Assembly: GCA_965238225.1 (NCBI GenBank)
Contig: OZ250183.1
Coordinates: forward strand, 1,600,001 to 1,664,000
Length of the DNA stretch: 64,000 nt
Origin: Gammaproteobacteria bacterium
Lineage (GTDB): Bacteria; Pseudomonadota; Gammaproteobacteria; Eutrophobiales; Eutrophobiaceae
Reading direction: 5' to 3'
Under the pieces are notes generated by a model, which ran no database searches, was not told where the DNA came from, and saw nothing but the letters and a program-made list of their open reading frames with translations. This document shows, in pieces, positions 34,201-43,900 of this stretch (positions within the stretch are counted from its first letter, which is position 1; every line of letters begins with the position of its first letter). The translations under genes were made by a program, and so were the position numbers.

Positions 34201-36650
34201 GTCAAGTTAAATGCAGTTGAACCCATATTGGTAATGTTGCCTGTGCCGGTGACATTGGTGACACCTGCAAAGGTGATGCCACGACTCGCGACGGTGTTAT
34301 GATTAAAGTTTTGAGCCCCTGTTAAGACACCAGTGGTGTCTGCTGCTGTAAAACCACGGTAGGTGAAGCCCCCTGCCGTACCTGCCGTTGTACCGGTCAA
34401 GTTAAATACAGTTGAACCCATATTGGTAATGTTGCCTGTGCCGCTTATATCGCTGAGATTTGCAAAGGTGATGCCATTTTTTTCCGTGTCGCCATGATTA
34501 AAGTCTTGAACCCCTACTATTGTGGTGGTATCTGCTGCTGTAAAGCCTCTGTAAGTGATGTTCCCCGCCATACCTGCCGTTGTACCGGTCAAGTTAAATG
34601 CAGTTGAACCCATATTGGTAATATTGCCTGTGCCGCTTATCGCTTCATAATCCGATGAAACAGTGACAACAGTAGTAGTTCCCCCTGAAGTGGTAATACT
34701 CGATTTGCCTGTGCCATGATTAAAACCAGCAAGTCCTGTGATTGTATCTGCAGCGGTATCAGAAAGTGTTATACCTGTATCTGAAGCGTTAATCGCTGTT
34801 ACGCCTTCTGTCTTTTGAATATTTACAGTATCATCATCGTGAGAACCATCGATATTGATAGTGCCGAGCACAGCCCTTGTAGCAGCCCCAGTTTGAGTCA
34901 GTGCGTTGCTGCTAATATCTGAAGTGATATTGATAGTTATCTCGTCAGAAGAATCACTTCCAGTGATATCCAACGTATGATAGCCTGAAAAAGCGATGTC
35001 TTCGCCCACGCCCAGAATAAGAACATAGGCATCCTCAGCCAGACTCGCATCGCCACTACCCCCTGTTGTACCGGATGTAAAAAAAGTCCCGATTGCCAAA
35101 GATGCCACTTCAGCTGACGTGAAATTTACAGTTAAAGTCCCTGTGCCTGTCCAGTCATTAAGAGGCTCAAGACCAGAAAAATCTATGGTTTCGGTAAAGG
35201 ATCCGTAATCATAGGTTAACCCTCCAGCCTTACCTGCGGCATCACCTTGTCTTGTGGTGTATGTCATCCCAATACTGTTTGTATGCGCAGTGTTACTTTT
35301 ATAAAAATTTGCCAGATCATTTTCATTATCTACAACGCCTGAATCGTCTATAACTATATGCTTCTCACCCGTGCCAAGTGCAATGTTGTATGTATCTGAA
35401 CCCTCACCGCCATCTAAAGTTATTATAGGCGCTAATGAGGCATCGATATGGTATGTATCCTCGCCACTTCCGCCGGTAACATTCACCGAACCTGCTAGGT
35501 ATTTCCCTTCTAAAGTGCTTGTGCTGCCTGCATGTGACTCGCCGGTGTGAATGTTAATTGTCCCACTAGATTTATTATCAGCACCTGATGCATTGAGGAC
35601 TCCAGACTCAGTAACAGCAACATTCGTTGCAGAAATTTCAATCATACCGCCATCATCAGCACTTGATGAAACATCAAGCATGCCAGTGTTGATAAGGGAA
35701 TTACCTGATCCAACAGCAACCAATTTAATTGTACCGCCCTGATTTTCAATTTTCCCGGCGCTAATCATGCCGCTGTTATTTACCACCTTAGAAAACACAT
35801 CTTTTGCGGCAGAACCTTGCAACAATACACTGCCACCTTGAGCCTCAATCTCACCGGTATTACTGACTGCGGCATCTAAGGACTGCACATTTGTAAGAAC
35901 TTCTTTGTCGATAGCAAACTGCATTAGGCCATCGCCGTCGAAATCAATGGCAAGCTGATTACCTGCGAGCAAATTTACCTGTCCGATAGAAACACGGATG
36001 ACACCTTCATTGATGACGGCTTTACCAACAAGATTAACTGACCCACCGGCAGCAGCCTCCAACACGCCCTGATTGATAACGATGCCATCTGTCCCATCAA
36101 CGCTGTTGAAATTAAATCTGCCGTTCATAAAGTCGTCACTGGATATGTCTAGCCCAGATACAGTGAGCGAATTGACATTGACACTTGAGCCTGGTTTAAA
36201 GAAGACTCCATTAGGGTTAACGAGTAATATACGGCCAGCAGCGCTTATTGAACCGAAAATTTGGCTGGCACTTTGATCGGTGATCCGAGCCATAAATTGA
36301 TCGCTTGCTTTTTGCTTGATAATTACCTTCTCATGAGCGGCAATATTAAATGAATCGTATTGAGCTGCGAGCTGCGAGGAAAATTGGTCAACTGTGTGTG
36401 TGTTGCCTACTGTGTTTAGCGTTCCGTCTCCAGCAATGATCACGCCACCTTGAGGATTGGCAAAAACGACGCTTGAGTTCAAAGCTAAACATAGACTGAA
36501 AACGAATAAACTGACAACAGGCAGGCGGACGTTACCAATACGCTCGGCAACAAAACTCACTGCCAAGCTGCACATTTGTCGCGCAAAGCTTCTTTTTTTG
36601 CTTCTTTTCTCAGTCAGTAATTTAAACAAATGACGTTCTCTTTTGTTCAT
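31248..36650 (-). CDS. Two-partner secretion passenger (TpsA), filamentous-haemagglutinin-like adhesin
   Basis: Extended signal peptide, TPS domain (ANPQGG, SFNI, SQIFGSI, LVNPNG), Thr/Gly repeats; adjacent to TpsB. Confidence 0.92.
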   Translation of the reverse strand: MNKRERHLFKLLTEKRSKKRSFARQMCSLAVSFVAERIGNVRLPVVSLFVFSLCLALNSSVVFANPQGGVIIAGDGTLNTVGNTHTVDQFSSQLAAQYDSFNIAAHEKVIIKQKASDQFMARITDQSASQIFGSISAAGRILLVNPNGVFFKPGSSVNVNSLTVSGLDISSDDFMNGRFNFNSVDGTDGIVINQGVLEAAAGGSVNLVGKAVINEGVIRVSIGQVNLLAGNQLAIDFDGDGLMQFAIDKEVLTNVQSLDAAVSNTGEIEAQGGSVLLQGSAAKDVFSKVVNNSGMISAGKIENQGGTIKLVAVGSGNSLINTGMLDVSSSADDGGMIEISATNVAVTESGVLNASGADNKSSGTINIHTGESHAGSTSTLEGKYLAGSVNVTGGSGEDTYHIDASLAPIITLDGGEGSDTYNIALGTGEKHIVIDDSGVVDNENDLANFYKSNTAHTNSIGMTYTTRQGDAAGKAGGLTYDYGSFTETIDFSGLEPLNDWTGTGTLTVNFTSAEVASLAIGTFFTSGTTGGSGDASLAEDAYVLILGVGEDIAFSGYHTLDITGSDSSDEITINITSDISSNALTQTGAATRAVLGTINIDGSHDDDTVNIQKTEGVTAINASDTGITLSDTAADTITGLAGFNHGTGKSSITTSGGTTTVVTVSSDYEAISGTGNITNMGSTAFNLTGTTAGMAGNITYRGFTAADTTTIVGVQDFNHGDTEKNGITFANLSDISGTGNITNMGSTVFNLTGTTAGTAGGFTYRGFTAADTTGVLTGAQNFNHNTVASRGITFAGVTNVTGTGNITNMGSTAFNLTGITAGTAGGFTYSGFTAADTTTVTGAQNFNHNTVASRGMTFAGVTNVTGTGNITNMGSTAFNLTGATAGTAGGIGYSGFTAADTTGVLTGAQDFNHGLKRSRGMTFAGVTNVTGTGNITNMSSTAFNLTGITAGTAGGFTYSGFTAADTTTVTGAINFFHFLDGVRINGTHDMRFLSATDITGTGGIVGMGDIAFTPTGTTIGTAAGITHRGFTAADTTTIVGVQDFNHGDTERNGITFANLSDISGTGNITNMGSTAFNLTGITAGTAGGFTYSGFTAADTTTVTGAQNFNHNTVASRGMTFAGVTNVTGTGNITNMGSTAFNLTGTTAGTAGGFTYSGFTAADTTGVLTGAQDFNHGLKRSRGMTFAGVTNVTGTGNITNMGSTAFNLTGTTAGTAGGFTYSGFTAADTTTVTGAINFFHFLDGVRINGTHDMRFLSATDITGTGGIVGMGDIAFTPTGTTIGTAAGITHRGFTAADTTTIVGVQDFNHGDTERNGITFANLSDISGTGFVSNLNEVTVIGTNTGRSDDINYTGFNAFNGMVGGVNRIIGNSASGSTWILTDYSEAGTLNGIVFNGFSRIRSGIGGRNTFTSDGNYHGTVEITTSDNIWNFNSGKTLTTMGRVTGTGILTIPSTSGTAITIGSSDLILPILTEFDGHLIIGGTLTPGATFLDSTGIVVNSSAINVNTAINSRGSVTLLAGDLNLAQGITASGGTLSLIAAGVDDGVKSTSGTGVITGPAGITDFKSKKAVLIAGDRIDVAENIKLALDGGVVEVAIGSTVSDLKFGAGSQVSGGPEGGSTGLQNVLNLFFGTFSIAVVGVLNPSVDLVGAVKLGFIDTSVFEQDLALFEVFGRGVALALGQCEEVEGCAPNVSEDKLDEFIAQIGIKLKELRELLNEAKSDSEKEKLDGLIEGYEQELDNFTDYREQLQEYLAVDDEEFEEEFTEEERFTDEDVLTEDELSAFEKFEEDIEDDEDLDDLEP
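32682..34640 (-). repeat. Ten intragenic 64-69 aa tandem repeats with a 786-bp higher-order duplication
   Basis: Unit (I/V)(S/T)GTGNITNMGSTAFNLTG...FTAADTT...; identical antisense ORFs at 32755 and 33541 mark the 786-bp offset. Confidence 0.92.
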
Positions 36651-36927
36651 GTTTGTTCTCTAATTTTGTCTATCGTTTTTAAACACAAGGCAACTTTTTT
36701 TAAGGTACGAAAAATATTACGTCCACAAATCAAACAACATATGCACACACCAAAATAACCACAACCAAATAACACTTACCTAAATAAGCTAAAATTTATG
36801 CTCAGCTTGTGACTGTTAACGCAATTCAAGAAAATTATAGTCCTAAACCAAAACAACCCTAATAGCAAGTGTGTGTCCTGTAAACTTTACTAAATTAATC
36901 ACTCGTTCGGTCAATAAAATTCTGCCT

Positions 36928-38736
36928 CTAGAATTTATATGTCATATCCCCCCAGATCTGCACATTGCGCCCATTACCAACATCATTGCCGCCAATTTCA
37001 GTCGCAACCGAGAGTTTTGATTCAAACACTCCGGGTAATGTGAATCGCAGACCTAAACCAACACCCCGCAACGAATTGTGTCTTTGCTGTTCTGTTGGCA
37101 ATGGATAATTCAATCGGCCTGATGCCTGCTCAAAGAACAGGCTAAATTGTAGTAATTCACCCCATGTGCGACTATCAAACGCAGGCTTATCTGCAAAGCC
37201 TGGGGCATTCATTAACCATTCTAAGGATAAAAAATAGGCGCGATCCCACAAAACCTGAGAAACAGGGAACGCTCGAAGATTATCCGGTCCGCCGACGGCG
37301 TATTGCTCTATGGCAAGCAACGCATCTTTAGCCCACTGAAATTCTGACCGAATCAATAAAGAATGGTTCTTTCTAAGCGTCTGTAGCCGTGTATAACTGG
37401 CAAATACTTTACTAAACTGACCTGCAGCAAACCGACCGTCAGGCAGACCTTTTTGTCTACTTGGCTGAAGTCCAATCGGCAAGTTAAGCGCATCAACATG
37501 ACTGCCTATGGAGTTAAAGAGATTATTCACCCCATGGCTAAACTCCAGAAAGGCAAAGTTGATACCGCCGCCACTATCATCAGGATCATTGCTGAGGCTG
37601 AATGTATCTACAGAATCATAATCAGCAGATAAAGTGAAAACAGCCAAACGATCCCTGTTTGTGCTGTTGGTAACCGTAATTGTTTGAGATTTCTTGCGGG
37701 TAAAGCCAAAACTTGCAGAAAAATTTTTCTGGCGACTTCTGATGAAAGATTTTTCTATATGTACACCCTGAGTTTCTGATCTGGAACTAATCTGACTATC
37801 GGCGAATTCACCGCCAACATCAAAGGCATTGACGTTAATAAATCCGCCAATTTTATAACCACCAACAAGAAACATGTCATAAGCTGCACTAACGAAAAAA
37901 TTCTTTTTAGGGTGGTACGATTGTTGCCCTGTAAGCGTAAGGCTATCAGCAAACCCGGATATGTTGTTCCAGTCAATGATGGTGCGTAAACGATTACGAC
38001 CAGTTTCCTGAGTACCATGAACATCCGCCCGAATTGCAACATCGAATTGTTTTTCTTCTTGCACTTGAATTACAAGGTCTGCCGTACCAACATGTAGCCC
38101 TGGCTGAAAAACACCATACGCGCTAAGTCCTGAATAATCAGTCAATCTTAGAAGTGCCGCTTCGATCTTCGATTTACTAACAGGCTGTCCTATCAACTTA
38201 CGAAAGGGTCTCTTAAGTATCTCGTTTTTGTATATTTCGTTGCCTTCTGTTAGAATCCGCCCAAGCTTGCCGACCAAGATCTGAACATCAACGATGCCGT
38301 GTGAGATCGTTTGCACGGGGATGACTGCCTGAGCAAGGATTAGACCTTTTCTGCGGTAGAATTTTTCGATTACATCCGCAACGCCTTGCAATTGCCCAAC
38401 GGTAAACCCCTTTGGTTTAAGAGCCTTTTCGTCTTCCAAAAGTGCATTAAGCTCACTAAGATCGATGCCAAATTCAGGCAAATTTTCGGCATCTAACAAG
38501 CGAAATTCCGTAATGAGGACTGTTTCGCCTTCGTCCACACGAAGCGGTCTGTCAACAACGGCAGGAACCTCTAAATTCCCAGAATTGGATGGGTTCTTGG
38601 AATGTTCATCCTGGGAAGGGCGAACTGCCCCAGGACGGGCAAAACCAGATAAGTCTGCAGAATCTGCAAAAATCGATGTAATCATCGTCATGTTGCAACA
38701 CAGCACAACTGCTATAGTAGAAACCCTACTGCCCAT
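36928..38736 (-). CDS. ShlB/FhaC/HecB-family TpsB outer-membrane transporter
   Basis: POTRA-like YRRKGLILAQAVIPVQTI, GGPDNLRAF (VRG motif variant), C-terminal Phe. Confidence 0.9.
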   Translation of the reverse strand: MGSRVSTIAVVLCCNMTMITSIFADSADLSGFARPGAVRPSQDEHSKNPSNSGNLEVPAVVDRPLRVDEGETVLITEFRLLDAENLPEFGIDLSELNALLEDEKALKPKGFTVGQLQGVADVIEKFYRRKGLILAQAVIPVQTISHGIVDVQILVGKLGRILTEGNEIYKNEILKRPFRKLIGQPVSKSKIEAALLRLTDYSGLSAYGVFQPGLHVGTADLVIQVQEEKQFDVAIRADVHGTQETGRNRLRTIIDWNNISGFADSLTLTGQQSYHPKKNFFVSAAYDMFLVGGYKIGGFINVNAFDVGGEFADSQISSRSETQGVHIEKSFIRSRQKNFSASFGFTRKKSQTITVTNSTNRDRLAVFTLSADYDSVDTFSLSNDPDDSGGGINFAFLEFSHGVNNLFNSIGSHVDALNLPIGLQPSRQKGLPDGRFAAGQFSKVFASYTRLQTLRKNHSLLIRSEFQWAKDALLAIEQYAVGGPDNLRAFPVSQVLWDRAYFLSLEWLMNAPGFADKPAFDSRTWGELLQFSLFFEQASGRLNYPLPTEQQRHNSLRGVGLGLRFTLPGVFESKLSVATEIGGNDVGNGRNVQIWGDMTYKF

Positions 38737-39237
38737 ACTTCCGATAAATTCTCACTTTAATATGCCATACACACTCAACCCGCACTTATATCACAGATTC
38801 TAGAGCACTTAATATAGCCCTTTCACTTAAATTTTGACTTACACTAAAACATCCTTGACTGCAAGACACCCTTGGAAGTGTAGCACTTCTATTATTCCAT
38901 GCTATAAAAAAATCCACACCCTTGCAAATGAGTATTTTGGGGCATTGTCTTCTTCACAAATTTATGGGTAAAAATCACCATTCTTAACCCAAGATTATTC
39001 TTGAAATTTGAAAGAGTTATTTTATGCATTAAGATTTTCCCTTAAAGGATAATAAGGTATGATGACAATCTAAGGTATAACGGCAATCACCAAGGAAAAC
39101 GCTAAATATTCATATAAACACATACACAAGTTACAAGAAAATGGTGTAAAAAAATAAACATCAATTTGTCCATTTGTAATGCACAAGCCAAAACTAGACA
39201 ATGAAATATATAAAGCCATAAAAAAACCAAAACCCCC

Positions 39238-40149
39238 ATGCAACCAAAAACTATAGATACAGCCATTGTGTTCGCCGATATAGTGGGCAGCACCAAAATT
39301 TACGACACAATTGGTGATGAGCGTGCAAAAGCAAAAATTGCAGCAACGCTTAAGACTATGTCAGAGATTACCAAAAACAATCAAGGTACAGTAATCAAAA
39401 CTATTGGTGATGAAGTCATGTGTGCTTTCCCAACAGCCGAAAAGGCCAATGCAGCGGCGCAAGAAATGCAAGAGACATTTGAGGAGGAATCAGAATCAAA
39501 TACTGATGGCTCACCTATTGTTATTAGAGTCGGAATGCACTTTGGCTCGGCAATTATGGAAGATGGTGATGTCTTTGGGGATACTGTAAATATTGCAGCA
39601 AGAATGGCGGCACAAGCAAAAGCAAAACAAATCATTACCACACAAGATACGCTAGATAAATTACCAGCATCGGTATGTGCCAGCGCACGTTTCGTTGATC
39701 GTGCGCACATTAAAGGTAAACAAGAAACGATTGATATATTTGAAATTATCTGGCAGGAGGGAGATGTCACGCAGATGGCAGTAAGAAGCATAGTTGCGAA
39801 CAAGACAATACCGGAAACTAAGCTAATGCTAACCTATAGGGGTGAGACAGTTGAACTCAGTAAATCACGACCTAGCCTGATAATGGGAAGAGGTAAAAAT
39901 TGCGATCTCACAATCTATGAAGAACTGGCATCAAGACAACATGTGCGTATAGAACTACGCAAGGATAAATTTTTCATTGTGGATCAAAGCACGAATGGGA
40001 CGCATGTTATAACAGATAACAAACCTGAAGAGTTTCTTCGTAGAGAAGAGATTTCGCTAACCAGCGGCGGATGTATCAGCCTTGGAAAAAGTTTTAGTGG
40101 AAACCCAGATGAAGTGGTGGAGTTCAAGCTGATTGGTTCCCAAAATTAA
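39238..40149 (+). CDS. Class III adenylate cyclase with C-terminal FHA domain
   Basis: FADIVGST, IKTIGDEVM, DVFGDTVNIAAR; FHA motifs GR, SRQH, STNGT. Confidence 0.9.
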   Translation: MQPKTIDTAIVFADIVGSTKIYDTIGDERAKAKIAATLKTMSEITKNNQGTVIKTIGDEVMCAFPTAEKANAAAQEMQETFEEESESNTDGSPIVIRVGMHFGSAIMEDGDVFGDTVNIAARMAAQAKAKQIITTQDTLDKLPASVCASARFVDRAHIKGKQETIDIFEIIWQEGDVTQMAVRSIVANKTIPETKLMLTYRGETVELSKSRPSLIMGRGKNCDLTIYEELASRQHVRIELRKDKFFIVDQSTNGTHVITDNKPEEFLRREEISLTSGGCISLGKSFSGNPDEVVEFKLIGSQN

Positions 40150-40215
40150 ATTACTGCTTTGTAAGATTTCTTTAAAAAGTCTATGGAGTTGGTGTAGGCA
40201 GGTGATAGAAATACA

Positions 40216-40962
40216 ATGGTTATGGTAGAAAACAAATTGTCCGCTCATTATTCATGGTCGTCGTTTGGTATTACTGACACTGGCAAAGTTCGTGAGCGCA
40301 ACGAAGATTCACTACTCAACAAACCGGAAATAGGGTTATGGGTTGTAGCTGACGGTATGGGCGGCTACCAAGATGGTAATATCGCGAGCCAGATGATAGT
40401 CAATTCACTTAGCAAAATTCGTACAGACATAGCTCTCAATCTATGCATTGATAACATAGAAGACAGACTTCTGAAAATCAATAAATATTTGACTGAAAAA
40501 GCGCGGACATCAAAAAACAATGCAACGATAGGAAGCACAGCCGTAGGTATGCTCGCTTATGATAGATTTTGCACTTTTTTCTGGGCAGGTGACAGCCGTC
40601 TGTACAGACTGCGTAATGGCTCGCTAAACCAGTTAACAGCCGATCACTCGCAAGTTGAGGCTTATATCAGGCAAGGCTTAATAGATCGCCAAGATGCAGC
40701 AGACCATCCACACGGCAATATGATTACGAGAGCAGTAGGTGCAGAAAAAGAGCTTTACGTCGATTTTGATATTCAGGAAATGCAATACGGGGATCGATAC
40801 ATGCTTTGCAGTGATGGTCTAACCAAGCATTTGCAAGATATTGATTTTGAAAAAATGCTGAGTAAGGATGATGCTAAACAGGCATGCAAGAAATTAATCG
40901 CGCTCACTATGAAAAGAGGCGCAGGTGACAATGTCACCAGCATCGTAATTGATATTAAATGA
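40216..40962 (+). CDS. PP2C-family Ser/Thr phosphatase (PppA-like)
   Basis: RERNEDS, VADGMGG, GDSRLY, ITRAVG, LCSDGL, DNVT. Confidence 0.95.
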   Translation: MVMVENKLSAHYSWSSFGITDTGKVRERNEDSLLNKPEIGLWVVADGMGGYQDGNIASQMIVNSLSKIRTDIALNLCIDNIEDRLLKINKYLTEKARTSKNNATIGSTAVGMLAYDRFCTFFWAGDSRLYRLRNGSLNQLTADHSQVEAYIRQGLIDRQDAADHPHGNMITRAVGAEKELYVDFDIQEMQYGDRYMLCSDGLTKHLQDIDFEKMLSKDDAKQACKKLIALTMKRGAGDNVTSIVIDIK

Positions 40963-40995
40963 TCATGACTGAGTTAATGAGCATGGGAATAAACC

Positions 40996-43900
40996 GTGGC
41001 TAATTTTAAAACAGCACTTGAAGCACTCGCAAAAGGCAATATGGATATTGATGCTTTGACCAAACAATTACTCGTGCTGCTTGATGAGGCACCTCAGCAC
41101 GCCAATCTTATGCTCTCTCAACTTGATGAAATACATGACCAAAAAATTATTAGCGATCAAGATTACACAAAACTGAAGGGTCATATTAATGAGTACAGAA
41201 GAGATCACTCGGTAGAAACAGAAACTGGCACACATGCTGATGATGAGGCAACGGTGTTTGCTCACAAACCTGATACGCAAGATGATGCAGATGATAAAAC
41301 ACAAGTAATTTCAAGCAATGAGGGTAACACGCAAGAGTCCGGCGTTACTGGCTTTGATGTAACCAGCGGAACAGATATGGGCGGTACCGATATCGATCTT
41401 AGCGACATTCATAGCCCATCAACTATATCCGTCACTGAGACATCTGACGCTACCTGGTCAGAACCTTCCACACAATCCCCTGAAGCGCAAACAACAGCAC
41501 TAGGTCCAGGCTCTATAATTAAACAGCGCTTTAAATTGATTGACGTGCTTGGTATCGGCGGTATGGGTAAAGTATACAAAGGATTGGATCTTCTCAAAGA
41601 AGAGGCAAAAGACAAGAAACCCTATTGTGCAATCAAGCTGTTAAACGAAGATTTCAAAGACCACCCAGAAGCGTTTATATCACTACAACGTGAGTCCAGT
41701 CGCCAACAAAAGCTGGCGCACCCAAACATAGCAACAATCTATGATTTTGACCGCATTGCAGGTCCTGGGACACCTGTCTACATCACTATGGAGCTGATGG
41801 AAGGCATGGAGCTTAAGGATTACATCAAGAAAACGGTAAAAAAACAGAACGGTCTCCCATTTGACGAAGCCTTCCCTATGATCAAACAGATGGTAGATGC
41901 GCTCGCTTATGCACACGATAAACGGCTGGTGCATTCAGATCTCAAACCGGGCAATGCCTTTTTATGTAACGACGGCACAGTAAAAATACTGGATTTTGGT
42001 ATCGCGCGTGCAGTAAAAAATCCTGTTACCGGGGAGACTGAAAAAACGCTGTTTGACCCAGGTAAATTAGGCGCATTGACGCCAGCTTATGCCAGTTACG
42101 AAATGCTGGAAGGTGAAGAACCAGATACACGAGATGACACTTATGCTCTAGGTTGTATGGCATATGAACTGCTAACAGGCAACCACCCCTTTAATAAATT
42201 GCCCGCCAACAAAGCCAAGGAAAATAAACTCAAGCCACCTATGGTCAAGGGCTTAAAGAAAAAACAAAATCGTGCTTTGCAAAGAGCTATCGCATTTGAA
42301 CGTAAGGATCGTAGCCCCACTATCGAACACTTCCTGAAGGAACTTGAAAACAAATATATCTGGTACAAGAGTCCGTCTACGATTGCTGCGGTATTTGCTG
42401 TGGTTATTAGTCTTGGCGGAACGGCGCCTCTATTAAATTATATGAATCAGAGAAATATAGATCGCATGATTACTGATATCAATACTGGCACACCACAGGT
42501 AATAGTTGATCGTTTAGAAGCAATTAATGAATTTGAAACAACTGATCAAAGAGAAATTATTGATGGTGCAAAGGCTGCCATTCAAGACCACTTCAGTGAG
42601 AAAATCGGTAAACTTACCGACACAACAGGTGACAAATACGACTTCCCTGAAGCAGGGTTGGTGCTTGCCAGAGTCGGCAAACTCTATCCAGATTCAAGCT
42701 TTTATCTGGAACAATCTAAGCATATCGAAACCAGCAAGAATCAGAAACTAAGCACACTCTACAGTAAGTATTCGGCAGCGCTGAGTGGTTCTTCTGCACT
42801 GCTGGATAATACTAAGACTATTCTTGAGCGAATCAAAACCCAGATTGATCCTATGGATTCCTTACTAACAGATCCTCGCGCCAGTAACCAATATAGATTA
42901 TTGGCACAGAGCGCATTCGACCAAGGCGATCTTAAACAGGCAACAACATTGATTACTTCTGGTATTGCGCTTACTGATTCCAGTATCAAAATCGCACGAG
43001 AAAAGGAACAATTGGCATCACAAGATGAACAATTGCAGTTGCAAGCGGAACAATTGAAATATGAACAATCGCTTGCACAATTGAAGGATGTCAAGAACAA
43101 AATAGAAACAAAAGTTGATATCATTGCGCTGGAAGAAAGACTTGGTATTCAATCTACCAGACTTGCGTCACTTATTGATTATCAGAAAATAAAAACCGAC
43201 GTTATTGAACTGACCGAACTCAATCCAGAAAGCAATACGCTTACTTCCATTGCTGCTTCCATGCAAAACACGGTGACTCAAGAGCTTGTCAAGATTTTGA
43301 CAAGCGGCAACAGAGAAGATGCTGAGGTATTCGTTAATGAATATGGCGATATATTGAACGCCTTACATCTGAATAAAGAACTCACAGAAATGAAACTTGC
43401 GCATTTTCAAGGCGCACGACGAAGTGCAGAAATTCGGGCTATTGTGAATACGCACACATCCACAATTGACGAATCACTCAAATCTCCCAACATAGAAGAT
43501 TTAAAGTGGGAATCGAAAATATTGACCAGTGTTGGAGAACTTGATGTCTTATCCAAAGAAGATCCTTCAGCAGCAGATGATCTTAAGACTATTCGCCAAA
43601 AAATCGCTCAACTCTATATTGGTGCGGCACAAAAAACACTTGATGCCGAACGATTTTATGTTGCCAAAAATTTTATTAATAAAGGTCGCCGCTTTGCGCC
43701 TGATGATGCAAAAATTTCTAGCATGAGCGCTACCATTGAACAAGCTGAGGTCGCGTATGAGACCACATATAAAAAGAAATTATTGGTTGATGGTCTGATA
43801 GTAGAGTTTGAGACGAAAACAAAAGCAAATGACATTGCCGGTGCACTTGATTATTTTAAACAACTGGAAAAAGAAATACCTGATAACGTATTTGTTACCG

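Noticed and set aside
31248-36650. TpsA as a CdiA contact-dependent inhibition toxin with the Sel1 gene as immunity
   Set aside because: There is no VENN/pre-toxin motif or toxin-like C-terminus, and the Sel1 gene is convergent and has a signal peptide.
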